Assembly: GCA_002269645.1 (NCBI GenBank)
Contig: NIVC01001063.1
Coordinates: 159,785 to 223,784, forward strand
Direction of reading: 5' to 3'
Source of the DNA: Macrostomum lignano
Lineage: Eukaryota
DNA length: 64,000 nucleotides
Made by a program: the position numbers and the translations under genes. Every line of letters starts with the position of its first letter. The stretch's first letter is position 1. The notes beneath the pieces were generated by a model, which was given only the letters and a program-made list of their open reading frames with translations, had not been told where the DNA came from and made no database searches. This document shows positions 41,690-53,540 of the stretch, piece after piece.

Positions 41690-44600
41690 TCACTTATTCG
41701 CAATGGCAACTGAAAATTTGGTTTAAAATGTAAACCGTTATCTTTTTTAAATATTAATACGTTAACTTTTTAATATTACAAAATATTTGTCACCTAATTG
41801 GCCATCACCTGCCCTCATCTCCTGATTGGCCATCACCTGCCCCCATCTCCTGATTGGCCATCACCTGACACTGTGTCCTAATTGGCCATCACCTGCCCCC
41901 ATCTCCTGATTGGCCATCACCTGACACTGTGTCCTAATTGGCCATCCCCTCCCCATCTCCTGATTGGCCATCACCTGACACTGTGTCCTAATTGGCCATC
42001 ACCTGCCCCCCCGTCTCCTGATTGCCATCACCTGCCCCCCGTCTCCTGATTGCCATCACCTGCCCCCGTCTCCTGATTGGCCATCACCTGCCCCCGTCTC
42101 CTGATTGGCCATCACCTGCCCCCCTCTCCTGATTGGCCATCACCTGCCTCCGTCACCTGATTGGCCATCACCTGCCCCCGTCTCCTGATTGGCCATCACC
42201 TGCCCCCGTCTCCTGATTGGCCATCACCTGCCCCCCTCCTCTAATGATTGGCTGTCACCTGCTCCCTGTGTCTTGATTGGCCATCACCTGTCCTGCCTTC
42301 TGATTGTGCTTCTCCCTCAGCTAACAATTCATTTTCAAAGCCTCACCAATAATAATTATGATGAGGATGGCCACAATCACTCCAATGATGATCATCATCT
42401 GAAATGAGTCAGATGCCAATGTGAGCTCAAATAAAAGCAACAAGAAGATTAAAAACTGACTGTGCCTCAATAGACACTACGGAAAGGAAAAAACAACAAA
42501 AACAAAAATTGAGGAACCCTTCATGCCAAGAGTGGGATTAATCTGATTAAGCAAGGGTAACCAGTCTATGTGCTAATACAGTAGCTAATAACCAATTGAC
42601 AGACTAAACTGAGGAACGCAAGTAAACAGGTAATTGGATTATTGGGTAAAGACTAAGAGCGCAGCTGCTTTACCTTGACATTCTGCCAGAAGTATTTCCG
42701 CTGAATTCGCGTTGTTGTGGCCACGAACTGCTGAGAGCCAATGGACAGCTCGGCTGCGAGATGGGCATCAGGGAGGCGAGGTTGGGGGTTCGAATTCGGA
42801 ACTTCGGAAGCCAGTATGAATTGAGATTAATTAAGGGCAGGTAAAGGGGTCAACTAGGGTCGGGTAAAGAGGTCAATTAGGGTCAGGCAAAGAGGTCAAT
42901 TAGGGTCAGGTAAAGGGGTCAATTAGGGTCAGGTAAAGGGGTCAATTAGGGTCAGGTAAAGGGGTCAATTAGGGTCAGGCTTTAATAGGATCGATAAGGC
43001 ACAAGTTATAAAGTTGGGTCAAACAACATCAATTTTTCCAGATATAAGAATCTAAACAAACATCCACAACATAAATCCTTTACAAAACGCAGTGGTCAAT
43101 TACAGATCTAAATATCCTACAGTAATTTTCGCAATACCCACATACTAAATATGTTAATTTGGCACAAACGTGAATGCTAAAAATGGATAAAAAAACTCGC
43201 CCACTCACCGGCCCGATCGTCCAAGTTCGAAATTTTGGCGTCTCGATCGAGCACTTTCTCCACATTGAGTCGCATAATGTCCACAACCTGCGGCCCAGGG
43301 TGTTGGGGTGAAGGTGCTCGAGTGTCACCAATTAACAAATTACACTAGGGCATGAGAACTAATAACACTAGGATATCAGAAATCATGATCCCAGGATATG
43401 AGAAATCAAAATCGCGGGCATAAGAAATCATGACCCAAGGACATAATAAATCATGAATTAAAGACACGAAAATCATGAATTCAGGACATGAGAGCTTATG
43501 ACCCAGGACATGAGAAATCATGACTTCAGGATATGAGAAATCATGGGTTCAGGATATGAGAAATCATGATTTCAGGACATGAGAAATCATGACTTCAGGA
43601 TATGAGAAATCATGGGTTCAGGATATGAGAAATCATGACTTCAGGACATGAGAAATCATGACTTCAGGATATGAGAAATCATGGGTTCAGGATATGAGAA
43701 ATCATGACTTCAGGACATGAGAAATCATGACTTCAGGATATGAGAAATCATGGGTTCAGGACATGAGAAATCATGACTTCAGGATATGAGAAATCATGAC
43801 TTCAGGACATGAGAAATCATGACTTCAGGATATGAGAAATCATGACTTCAGGATATGAGAAATCATGACTTCAGGATATGAGAAATCATGACTTCAGGAC
43901 ATGAGAAATCATGACTTCAGGATATGAAAAATCATGACTTCAGGATATGAGAAATCATGACTTTAGGAATCAAAGATCATGAATTGAGGACATGAGAAAT
44001 CATGACCCCAGAATATAAGAAATCAGCAATCATACATGCGCAACTGCTGGCCGACCTGGCCGATCCGGCCACCGTAAATCGTGGCTGACCAGGGGTAAGT
44101 CGCAAAATTGAGTCAACCAAAAACAGAAAAACACAAGAACCAAGAAAGGCAAGAGGAAAGCGAAAGAAAGAGCAGTTCAGGGAAAATGGTGAAGCAAAAG
44201 AAAAACAATTCGCAAAAGAAGCAAACTAAGTTGTAAAAATAATCAGGTAAGTTGCAAAAAGGATCAGGTAAGTCGCAAAAGAAGCAAACTAAGTCGCAAA
44301 AAGGATCAGGTAAGTCGCAACAGGAATCAGGTAAGTCGCAAAAGAAGCAAACTAAGTCGCAAAAAGGATCAGGTAAGTCGAAAAAGGGTTAGGTAAGTCG
44401 CAAAAAGGATTAGGTAAGTCGCAACAGGAATCAGGTAAGTCGCAAAAGAAGCAAACTAAGTCGCAAAAAGGATCAGGTAAGTCGAAAAAGGGTTAGGTAA
44501 GTCCCAAAAAGGATTAGGTAAGTCGCAAAAAGGATTAGGTAAGTCGCAAAAAGGATCAGGTAAGTCGCAAAAAGAATCAGGTAAGTTGCAAAAGGATCAG

Positions 44601-46751
44601 CTAAGTAGCAAAAGGGTTAGGTAAGTCGCAAAAGGGTTAGGTAAGTCGCAAAAGGATTAGGTAAGTCGCAAAAAGGATTAAGTAAGTCGCAAAAAGGATT
44701 AGGTAAGTCGCAAAAAGGATTAGGTTAGTCACAAAGGGTTAGGTAAGTCGCAAAAGGATTAAGTAAGTCGCAAAAAGGATTAAGTAAGTCGCAAAAAGGA
44801 TTAGGTAAGTCGCAAAAGGGTTAGGTAAGTCGTAAAAGGATTAGGTAAGTCGCAAAAAGGATTAAGTAAGTCGCAAAAAGGATTAGGTAAGTCGCAAAAA
44901 GAAGCAACTAAGTCGCAATAAGAGGGAAGTAAGTCACAATCAGAGGCAATCAGGGGGTAGTAGGTGCAAGTGTGGCAGGAGAGCAAAAACAGAATAGAAG
45001 CCTTCAACAACAGACAAGATCTTTGAAATCAGAAGCCCGCGTCAACAGTTTCCCATTGATTTCTTAAACTCTGGAGCAGGGGTTGGCAAACTCCGGCTCG
45101 CGAAGCCCCTCTATCTGGCCCTCGCCCCTCGGGTTCTTTGAAACTTCCTAACTACGAGTAGCAAGGTTGGTGTCTCTTCAACTCTCATCTCTCTCTTCTT
45201 CTCTACCTTGCCTCCCCTCTTCTCTCTCTCCCCCTTTTCCCTCTTCTCTCTCCTCTCATTTTTACTCTCCTCTCTTCTCCCCCTTTCTCTCTACCCTTTC
45301 TCCTCAATGCCCTCTTCTCTCCTCTTATCTTCAGCAAAAATATGTGCATATTTTCTTACTTCAAAGTAGAGGGAATAGAAGATTAGAGATAAGCAAACAG
45401 AGGAGAGGCAAGCGATGCGATGGGAGAAAAGATAGAAGAGGAGAGAAAAGCTGAGGGAGGAAAAAGAGATGAGAGAGAAGAGGAGATGAGAGGAAAGAGG
45501 AAAGAAAAGATGATGGATGAGATCAGAAGAGAGGAAAGAGGAAAGAGGAGAGAGTAGATGAGAGAAGAGAGGATAAAGAGGAGATGAGAGGAGAGTGAAG
45601 AGAGGAGAGATGAGAAAGTAGAAAAGAGAGAAGAGATAAGATGAGAGAGTAGAGTGGAGAGAGACGAGAGGGAAGATAAGATGAGAGAGTAGAGTGGAAT
45701 GGAGAGAGACGAGAGAAGAGATAAGAATGTAGAGAGGAGACAGAAGAGATAGGAGAGGAGAGGAAAGAGAGGAGAGAGGAGAGGAAAGAGAGAAGGGATA
45801 AGGGATGAGAGAGAAAAGAAAAAGAGGATGAGAAGATTGAGAAATGGAGAGGATTTGCAAAGGCCTCAAATCTTAGTTTAACATGCATTACTCCCATCTT
45901 TGCCTTTTTCCTAACTGTTAACAAGTTTTGTTTTGAGCATGACTTCAAATTTAGAATCTATGCAAAAATAGTTCCGGGAATTAGAATTCAGTGGTTTAAA
46001 AATCTGTGGGTTTTCACAGCTTGTATCTCTACTGGATTCGTATTCTGCATCTGATGAGCCATCTGAATCAGGGCTCTCATCTTCCATGCCAAATCGTCTA
46101 GCAAATCGTTCTTGAGCTATAGGTCACACTGTATTCACTTCACTTACTTCTGGACATTCATGAATCATGACTTTAGTAGTATGCTCACTACACTGTACTG
46201 ACAATTTACTAATTGCTTCATGCCGCCACTAGATGACATACTGATTAGCTGTTATAAAAACGCGGAATCTGCACGCAGCACTAATTAGCTGGCGAGGCAT
46301 TTAGCTTTAAAAATATGGTCATAGTTACTCCTGCCGTTTACCTAAAGTTTTTGCTTGGCTCTTTCATAGGTAAGTCGCATTTTTTATCGAAAACTAAGTC
46401 GCACGGCCAGCGTAATTTCAGAAGTTGCGCATGTATGTCAGCAATAAATAAGAAATCTTTTTCAAATACGATATTTTCTACAAATGGTTTAAAAAATTTT
46501 GAATCGAAGCTTTACCTCATCTACCTGGGCCCGCGTTTGCTGCAGCTGCCTGTTGGGCTGATAACCTGAGCTTGAGGCTTCATTAGGGTGCCCGCCACTT
46601 TGAGGCCTAGGAGGCAGAAAATATATTGATTAGAAACCAGCAATAATTCGATTTAAATTCAGTCATCTACTTGGTATTGACTCATAGTCAAGGGGTGACA
46701 AACAACTTACAATGGAGCCCCAGCAGGATGTTGTGGAGGATAAGCAGCCAT
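41690..46751 (-). CDS. VAMP: Synaptobrevin / vesicle-associated membrane protein (R-SNARE), 120 aa, 6 exons
   Basis: complement(join(41690..41709,42347..42398,42674..42753,43209..43287,46516..46606,46711..46751)); all GT-AG, phases 2,0,1,0,1. Protein [120 protein letters not shown], with zero-layer Arg (VLDRD) and a C-terminal TM helix. Confidence 0.93.
41797..42305. repeat. 28-bp minisatellite in VAMP intron 5
   Basis: Tandem GATTGGCCATCACCTGCCCCCGTCTCCT units. Confidence 0.9.
42838..42980. repeat. 23-bp minisatellite in VAMP intron 3
   Basis: About 6 copies of GGTAAAGGGGTCAATTAGGGTCA. Confidence 0.85.
43345..44025. repeat. 23-bp minisatellite in VAMP intron 2
   Basis: Tandem ATGAGAAATCATGACTTCAGGA(T/C) units. 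Confidence 0.9.
44205..44915. repeat. 21-bp minisatellite inside the hAT element
   Basis: AGGTAAGTCGCAAAAAGGATT units; the TAAGTCGCA core also occurs singly in both subtermini of the family. Confidence 0.9.
45077..46023. mobile_element. Nested fragments: Charlie-like end (-) plus an older diverged 3' part of the array Helitron (+)
   Basis: CAGGGGTTGGCAAACT at 45077 followed by CT-rich DNA, then a GA block (~45370-45850) and a diverged copy of the array 3' tail ending CAGCTTG at 46023. Confidence 0.65.
46279..46343 (-). other. 28S rRNA-derived segment (H69-H71 region) inside a hAT subterminus
   Basis: Reverse complement AGGTAAACGGCAGGAGTAACTATGAC-CATATTTTTAA-AGCTAAATGCCTCGCCAGCTAATTAGTG aligns ungapped to the conserved 28S GGGTAAACGGCGGGAGTAACTATGAC-TCTCTTAAGGT-AGCCAAATGCCTCGTCATCTAATTAGTG (recalled): 49/54 in the flanks, 3/11 in the centre. 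Confidence 0.8.
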
Positions 46752-47057
46752 AGTATTTAATTACTTTTCACTGAAATTGAGATTATGTATCTTTTTTAAA
46801 TGACTATGTATCATATGATGCAAGGAAGTAGATAGATACCAACTAGCAATCAGCTCCCCATTGGGAAGCCAAAAAAATGCAGTACAAGTTGTTTTAATAA
46901 ACTACATGTAGTGTCTCTTTGCATTTTACCCCAGCAGTCCCTTGTAAGCCTTGACATGTCAGCAATTCCCCCCACAAGCCTTAACATATCAACTCCCCCC
47001 TTGACATCTCAGCGATGCCCCCATAAGCCTTGAAATCTTAAAAAATCTGTCTACTTT

Positions 47058-47090
47058 CTAACCCTAGCCTAACCCTAACCCTAACCCTAA
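47058..47090 (-). repeat. Short interstitial telomere-like (TTAGGG)n tract
   Basis: CTAACCCTAGCCTAACCCTAACCCTAACCCTAA. Confidence 0.55.
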
Positions 47091-47421
47091 ACCATTGACA
47101 TTTCAGTAATACTCTCCAAGAGTAATTATAGCACTACTACAGCATTATAGCGATTCCCTGCAAGCCTCGACATCGTAGGGATTCCCAAATGAATCTCTTA
47201 ACTTCGACATGAAGCTTCTTTTATTTTTTACATTACACTTTTTCTATCAGCGATCCCTCCCGTGAGGAGCCAACAAATAATGTAATAAAAAGTTTTCAAT
47301 AAACTACATGTAGCTTCTGACTTTAGCCTTGATATCTCATTTATTCCCCCATGAGCCTTGACATGTCAGCAATGCCTCCCATAAACCTTTGAAATCTAAA
47401 AAATCCCCTGTTAACCTTGAA

Positions 47422-47685
47422 CATACATGCACAACAGTCGGCCGAGTTAGCCGATCCGGCCGACCGATTTGGTGGCCAACCAAGGAAGTCGCAAAAATGC
47501 CCACCCAAAATAACACCCAAGTAGTAGTACTAAGTAGCTGACGAAGCATTTTGGCTTAATAAGACAGTTATAGTTACTCCTGCCGTTTACCCAAAGTTGC
47601 GTTAATTTTGCTTTTAGGGTTTTTTTGCATTTTTGTCAAAACTAAGTCGCACGGCCAACCAAATTTTGGAGGTTGCGCATGTATG
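47422..47685 (+). mobile_element. 264-bp hAT MITE, same family as 44031-46437
   Basis: TIR CATACATGCACAAC / GTTGCGCATGTATG, 8-bp TSD ACCTTGAA (47414-47421, 47686-47693), and homologous subtermini. Confidence 0.88.
47529..47592 (-). other. Second 28S rRNA-derived segment, inside the MITE
   Basis: Reverse complement GGGTAAACGGCAGGAGTAACTATAACTGTCTTATTAAGCCAAAATGCTTCGTCAGCTACTTAGT, roughly 80% identical to the same 28S segment. Confidence 0.78.
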
Positions 47686-48939
47686 ACCTTGAAACCTGCT
47701 AAAATCTAACCCTCAACCCAAACCTGACCTAAACCTAACTTTAACCCAACCTATAAAAGCCTTGAAATCTCAGCAATTATTTTCTCCTAAGCCTTGCACT
47801 GTAACAATTCCCTCCAAGCCTTGACATCGTAGCAATTCCCAAATGAATCTTTTAACTTTGACATGACTTTTATATATACATAGTGCTTCTTTTCTTTTTT
47901 ACATGACTCTTCTTCTATCAGTGCCCCCCCTTGTGGTGGCAAGCCAACAAAGAATGTAATAAAAAAATTGAGTAAAGTATATATACTTGAATCTAAAATA
48001 TGCTCAATTTATTATTCTAATAGCCATTAATCAAATGAATATCTTTTCTATAAATATTTTTTTATTTTTGATAAACTGACAAAAACTATAAGCAAGTGAG
48101 AAGATATTACAATCTACTATACTAAAAATAAGTTGTGTATCTATCTAAACTATAGGGATCTAATAAAACAAAAAATATATTGATAAATATATATTTGCTA
48201 CAGATTGATCAAAGGCCAAGGGTGCGTAACAAAATTGCCAAATGCAATATTGGAATACTAAAAATGATTATACAATATACAGTATGTCATTTAAATATAA
48301 ATAGGCCTATCTTTACAAGCAAACTTATAGAATAGAAAATTACAATTTATTATTAAATGCCTCTATCTGCCTAGTGCAGTAGTTAGAATGTTAGATTTAT
48401 GACTGAAAGGATGGATATAACTTTGGCTGATTGGTTTTTACATCAATTGTTAAAAATTATTATACTAATATAGTTTGTTTACAAACTTTAAAGACATAAT
48501 TGATCTTGCATAATTTAGCTTTTATTTGAACTGTGATTTTAAACTTTAAATTTAAGCTTTACAACATTTTGTAGCATAACCTTTGAAAATATGATGAATT
48601 TTAATTCATTGCACTGCACAGCACTATAAGAAATATACAGAGAAACTATATGAACTTTGTACTTTGTACAAAATTTCTACCAAAATATTCATTTAAAACT
48701 TGAGATAAATCTATATTCATTAAAAAAAAGTAGTACTAAATGGTAAAAATGCTTTTTTGCCACAAATACTACTCTTTGCACTAATATATACTTCATAGCT
48801 TTATTGCTAAGGTGTAAGACCAAGATGGCCACACACCAAGATGGCCACAGCTGAGGTGGGGGTCACGAAAAATGACAGCTGGTTTACTATTGGATAGCTT
48901 CGGGTGGGGAGATGTGGGGTTGCAATGGGGGGGGGTTTA

Positions 48940-50857
48940 GACCACAGATACTATAAACACTAGATAGGCCACTCCAGCTAATTTTCACAACACGACAGTT
49001 TACTCTACTTTCTGCTTAGTAGTAGTAAAAACATTTTAGCGATATTTATATTTTTTTAAAATAAAAAAACAAAATGAATGCAATGCAGCAATTGTATTGA
49101 TTTTATTTGCAAAAAGAAACTTATAATTATACTTTCTACAATTCAAAGCAACATTGTGAATGCTTTAGATTGCATTGCAGTCAACTATTGTATATTTAGC
49201 AAATACGAGCTATATCATATACTCCATATTTGTGTAGCAAAATAGAAAGATTTCTCATCTTAATCAGCTCATCTGTTTGTGAAACTTTCGCAGCGTGCTG
49301 TCGAAGCACAGGGTTGCCAGTTGCCTTTGTTCAGAGGCAGCATTCAGCACGGCCCAACAGATGAAAAAAACTGGCGAATGCGCCTCTTCAAGGTCCAAAA
49401 ATGTATCCGATGGAGAGCCAATCCTCAGTGGTTTCGTAACAGGTAGCCGATAAGCAGCAGGACTTTTGTGATGCAGCTGCAATGAGCTGCTGATGAAATG
49501 ACATCCTTTGACCAGAGCACCCCTGACTGCGAGCGCCCAGTCGACCGCTGGAAGCTGCGCTAGCCACGCCTCCACAGTCCATGGATGCACGACTGCGCTG
49601 CACTTGCCTTGACCATCGAGAGTTGCCGCTGCAGCCGCTTGATTTGCCTGTCGCTTTCGGGATTGCTGCTGCAGCCGCTTGATTCGCCTGTCACTTTCGG
49701 GATCGTTGCTGCAGCCGCTTGATTCGCCTGTCACTTTCGGCCTCGGGATCGTTGCTGCAGCCGCTTGATCGTTGCCTCTAGCGCTTGGAACCCGCGAATC
49801 GGCTGCAGAGGTGAGAGCTTTCAGCCGCAACAGCTGTTCTCGGCGCAGAATCTGGTAGCCGAAGGTTGCTCTGCCACAGCACTGGCAGCAGGAGCAGGCA
49901 AGTCTCAGGCTCGGCTGTAGATAGATTGCTAATTGGCCCCAGCACTGGAGGGTACATGTCGTCTGCCTCTTCATCGTTTATCAGTCCTTTGCACAGAGGG
50001 TAGCTGGTCTATTTGAACGAGCCGAGGCAGCATCAACTCTTGATGTGGGATTGCGTCCCAGCGAAAATAGATGTCTTGCACATCCGTGGCACTTTGTAAG
50101 GCAGCAGTAGGCCTCGTCCATAAAGTGCAAGCTGAACACACGTAGGCCCCGTGATTTAATTGTTTATAAAGGTCAATATCCACGCTCCTGCAGTAGCTGC
50201 TGCCAGCGCTTCGCCAGTGTCATCTTTTGGTAATTTATGCATTCGCAACGGATTTTCTTTCTCGGATGTTAATAGCACTAGTACAGAGCTCGTGCAAGTG
50301 GGAGCACAGCAGTGGTTCGAATCAAAACATTTCTCGAGTACAAGATTAGATAAAAAAGCTAGTATGCACTCGAACTTTGTTTAACTCTGACTCTTGTCCT
50401 GTTCATCTATATAAGCTTGTATTGTATTTAAGCACGATTCGCCACCCCCAAATTTTCTAACCCACAACCTCTCAACCCTCACCCCCAACCCAGGCTAGCT
50501 ATGTGCAGTCCTTTATTTTCTATCCAAACACCAGTGGGCCTAAATTATCGATCCACTCACCCTGCCTTATACGAAACTGACATTAACCCTATTCCAGACT
50601 ACCCCCTTCCTCTACTTTGAAAGATAGCGGCATTGTACACTGTCTGACGCGTCTTAATGTACACCATTACTTCACAAAACAAGTTAGTTGTTTATGGCGT
50701 TAGCAAAACGATGTCTTAAAAACAGTCACTCGATTTGTCTAATTTAGCAAATAATACTGTTGCTTCCTTTCACTGCTACTAAGCAGAAAGTAGAATAAAA
50801 AACTTGCCCAGAAAATTAGCCTGAGTGGCCTATCTAGTGTTTATAGTATCTGTGGTC
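48940..50857 (-). mobile_element. TIR DNA transposon relic with a THAP-domain pseudo-transposase
   Basis: Imperfect ~85-bp TIRs GACCACAGATACTATAAACACTAGATAGGCCACTC... at 48940 and its reverse complement ending 50857. No TSD evident. Confidence 0.7.
49264..50320 (-). pseudogene. Frameshifted THAP zinc-finger protein (probable transposase N-terminus)
   Basis: THAP motifs in order across frameshifts: CCAPTC (50294-50311), HKLPKD (50222-50239), KRW (50203-50211), VCS..HF (50122-50141). Confidence 0.6.
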
Positions 50858-51126
50858 AAGATTTTATTAGCATATTGCAGGGCTAAAGACAAAAATGGTT
50901 ACGAGTCTTAATTTCCTACTTATAGTAGGGCCCTAAGAGGTTTAAACGTATTTCGCATTAAACAAATCTCTTCTTCATATAAAATCTGGTGTAGCTTTTT
51001 TCCATTTCTCTTATTGGTCGAGACTAATTTACTTGTTTAAAGGGATAAAAACTGGGTAAATTTCATGCCCTGTTCAAAATTCATCTGTCTCATTCACTGA
51101 CAGCAGTCTAAGCACTTAGATACAAA

Positions 51127-51880
51127 ATGGCAGGCGTATATCCATGTGTGGTCTGTCTGCAGCCAGTTTGCGATGGACAAGAAGCAATTGAGTGTTCTCA
51201 ATGCTTGAATTGGCAGCACCGCATGTGATAGTCGCGTCACAATCGATCAGTATTCTGCAATGAGAAATGTCGGTGAGTTTTTCTGGCTTTGCAATCAATG
51301 CAATAGACAGGCTCCTACAGGTAACTTAGCAGTGTCTCAAGCTGCAGATGCTGCAGTGGTACATGTACAAGCCCCGAATTCTGGACCAGCGGCTGTTCCT
51401 CTGCCTGCTGAAAATCCAGAACCAGTGCATCTGATTCTGGCACAAGCAGAAAATTTTCTTTACCAGTATCCAGATTTCAATGACCCTGATCCAGCTCTGG
51501 AAGAATCCATTCAAATTCCTCCAGCAGAGCTTGCACCGCCCCGCAGCCCACCTCCCCAGCCCTTTGAGATTCTTACAGGTGCAGGATGCAGTCACGGAAA
51601 AGACCAACGAGACCTTGGCCATCTGATGGATGAAAAAACGCGGCGAAATGGCAACACGTACTATCGCTGCACTAAGCGTTTATCACTGCACTGTCATGGC
51701 TCCGCAGTCCGCCGTGCTGATGGAACCATAGAAGCCCTTGCTCCGCACACGTGCGATCCAGTTGATCGGCCAGCTCAGAAGAGAAAGGCAGCAAAGGACG
51801 TAAAGGAGGGAGCAAAGGGCATGTTGTCATCTATCCATGCCACACGTACCTTATTGCCATTTCAGATCATAACGAGTTAA
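51127..51880 (+). pseudogene. PHD finger + FLYWCH-type zinc finger protein, probable Mutator-like transposase N-terminus, one frameshift
   Basis: ATG 51127: YPCVVCLQPVCDGQEAIECSQCLNWQHR / frameshift at ~51223 / CDSR...FWLCNQC (PHD). A Pro-rich linker follows, then TYYRCTKRLSLHC...DG..APHTC (FLYWCH-like). Confidence 0.6.
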
Positions 51881-52989
51881 AAAAGCCAAAAAATCCGCAC
51901 TTACCTAGTTGCTGCACCCAATATAGCCCTGGAGCATATTTAAGAATCACCGTGCACATTTCTTGCCAGATATTACACTTTGTTTTACGCTCAAATTTGG
52001 GATGGGGGGGTTCATTGCGTCGCACTTACAGAGCAAGCAGCCTTTACTTGGGCTAGTCACTGCATGTATGTGTGACTCAGTGCACTTCTGCCTCCGTAAT
52101 TCATCATCATCCCCATCATCCCCATCATTATGCATGATATTATATGAGCTACGTATACGAGCTATTAAAATGCAGATATGAGATACCTTTTGCACCCACG
52201 TTCGGAGAACAGGCCTGATGAAAGATTTCATAGAAAAACAATTTATTCATTGCTACAAACTGCTGTCAATCCGTTGGTATCTAGAAATAATATGAAATAT
52301 CGTGAATGGGTGGCAACTGATGCAGTTTTTTTTATTTCCACTTGTATTGAGTTTACATACGAGCCGTATTCTGTTGTTTAAGTTGAATACAAAAGGTAGG
52401 CGGGGTTGCTGTCAATTCAAGCTTGAATGAGCAAAGAGTTAATATTTATGGTCAAACAGTCCTCACACTGCTCCCCTAGTGGTGGTGATGCCTCACGGAT
52501 CGTTACACTCAAGCCAACCCTAGAGCAACTTTTTTTCAATCTTGGCCTATACTGATACGATACGATTGGAAGTCATAAATACAGTCTAAATAAATGACTG
52601 GCTTGCGTGGAGATAAAAATCTATCTATATAAAACAGCTCACCTCAAAATCAGCCATATCGTTATTTTTCGTTGCAATCTTTTTTCAGTTTTAACATTTT
52701 TAGCCAACTGCTATGGTTGGTAACCATGATAACAATTTGGCTCGTAAATAAATAACTCAATATAGTGACTTTGCATGCAGCACTTAGCATGAAGCCTCAG
52801 ATTTATTTATGTAAATATCATTTGTACTCTTTATGCACTGCGGCAAATTTGCACAGATATGAGATGCATGTATTTTTCAGCAAGTACTGATACCCAAGAA
52901 ACGCAAGGCTTCAATCAAAGTCTGACAATTCTGAAATCTCGTCAAAATAAGCCGAACCTCTAAATACATGTACAGATACAAGTCTGATA

Positions 52990-53540
52990 CAAACAGAAGA
53001 GAGAAGAGGATATCTCTATCTCTCATAGGAGAGATGAAAGAGGAGAAAGGAGAGATGAGAAAGCAGAGACGAGAAATGCGACAGTAGAGCTAGAACAGAG
53101 GAGAGAGGAGAGGGAAGAGATTATAGAGACGAGTGGAGAGAGAAGAGAAATATGTGAGAGCAGACATGAGAGACAATGGAAGAGAAGTGGAGTGAAGGAG
53201 AAAGGAGAATAAAGGGGGAGAATCGAGAGGACAGGAAGAGAGGGGAAGGGATGAAGAGGAGAGATGAAGAGATGAGAGGAAATAGAAGAATGGAGAAGGG
53301 AGAAAGTAGAAAGGAGAAGAGATATGGGAGAGCAGGAGAGATGAGAGGGAGGAGAGAGTAGAGAGGGGAGGTGAAAGAGTAAAGGGGAGAAAGTTGAGAG
53401 AAGAGTTGGGAGAGTTGGGAAAAAAAGAGGAGAGATGTTAAAGGAGAGTACAGATGAGAGATGAGAGAGAGGAGATAAGACAGGAAATAAATAATAGGAG
53501 AGAGGGTCGAGATGATAGAGGAGAGAGAATTGAGAATTTC
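52990..53540 (+). repeat. GA-rich low-complexity block like those in the Helitron array
   Basis: Purine-strand GAGAG/GAGATGAGAG motifs. Confidence 0.7.

Larger units (their letters stand above)
44031..46437 (+). mobile_element. 2.4-kb non-autonomous hAT-type element in VAMP intron 2
   Basis: Perfect TIR CATACATGCGCAAC / GTTGCGCATGTATG and 8-bp TSD TCAGCAAT (44023-44030, 46438-46445). Contains a 21-bp minisatellite, nested Charlie/Helitron fragments and a 28S-like segment. Confidence 0.88.

Noticed and set aside
46279-47592. Possible rRNA gene
   Set aside because: Only ~65-nt diverged fragments inside transposons, with the helix 69 3' strand disrupted.
48112-52640. TCTACTATACTAAAAA (48113) and TCTATCTATATAAAA (52620) as Helitron 5' ends
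   Set aside because: No matching 3' hairpin/CTRR end could be assigned; could be chance in AT-rich DNA.
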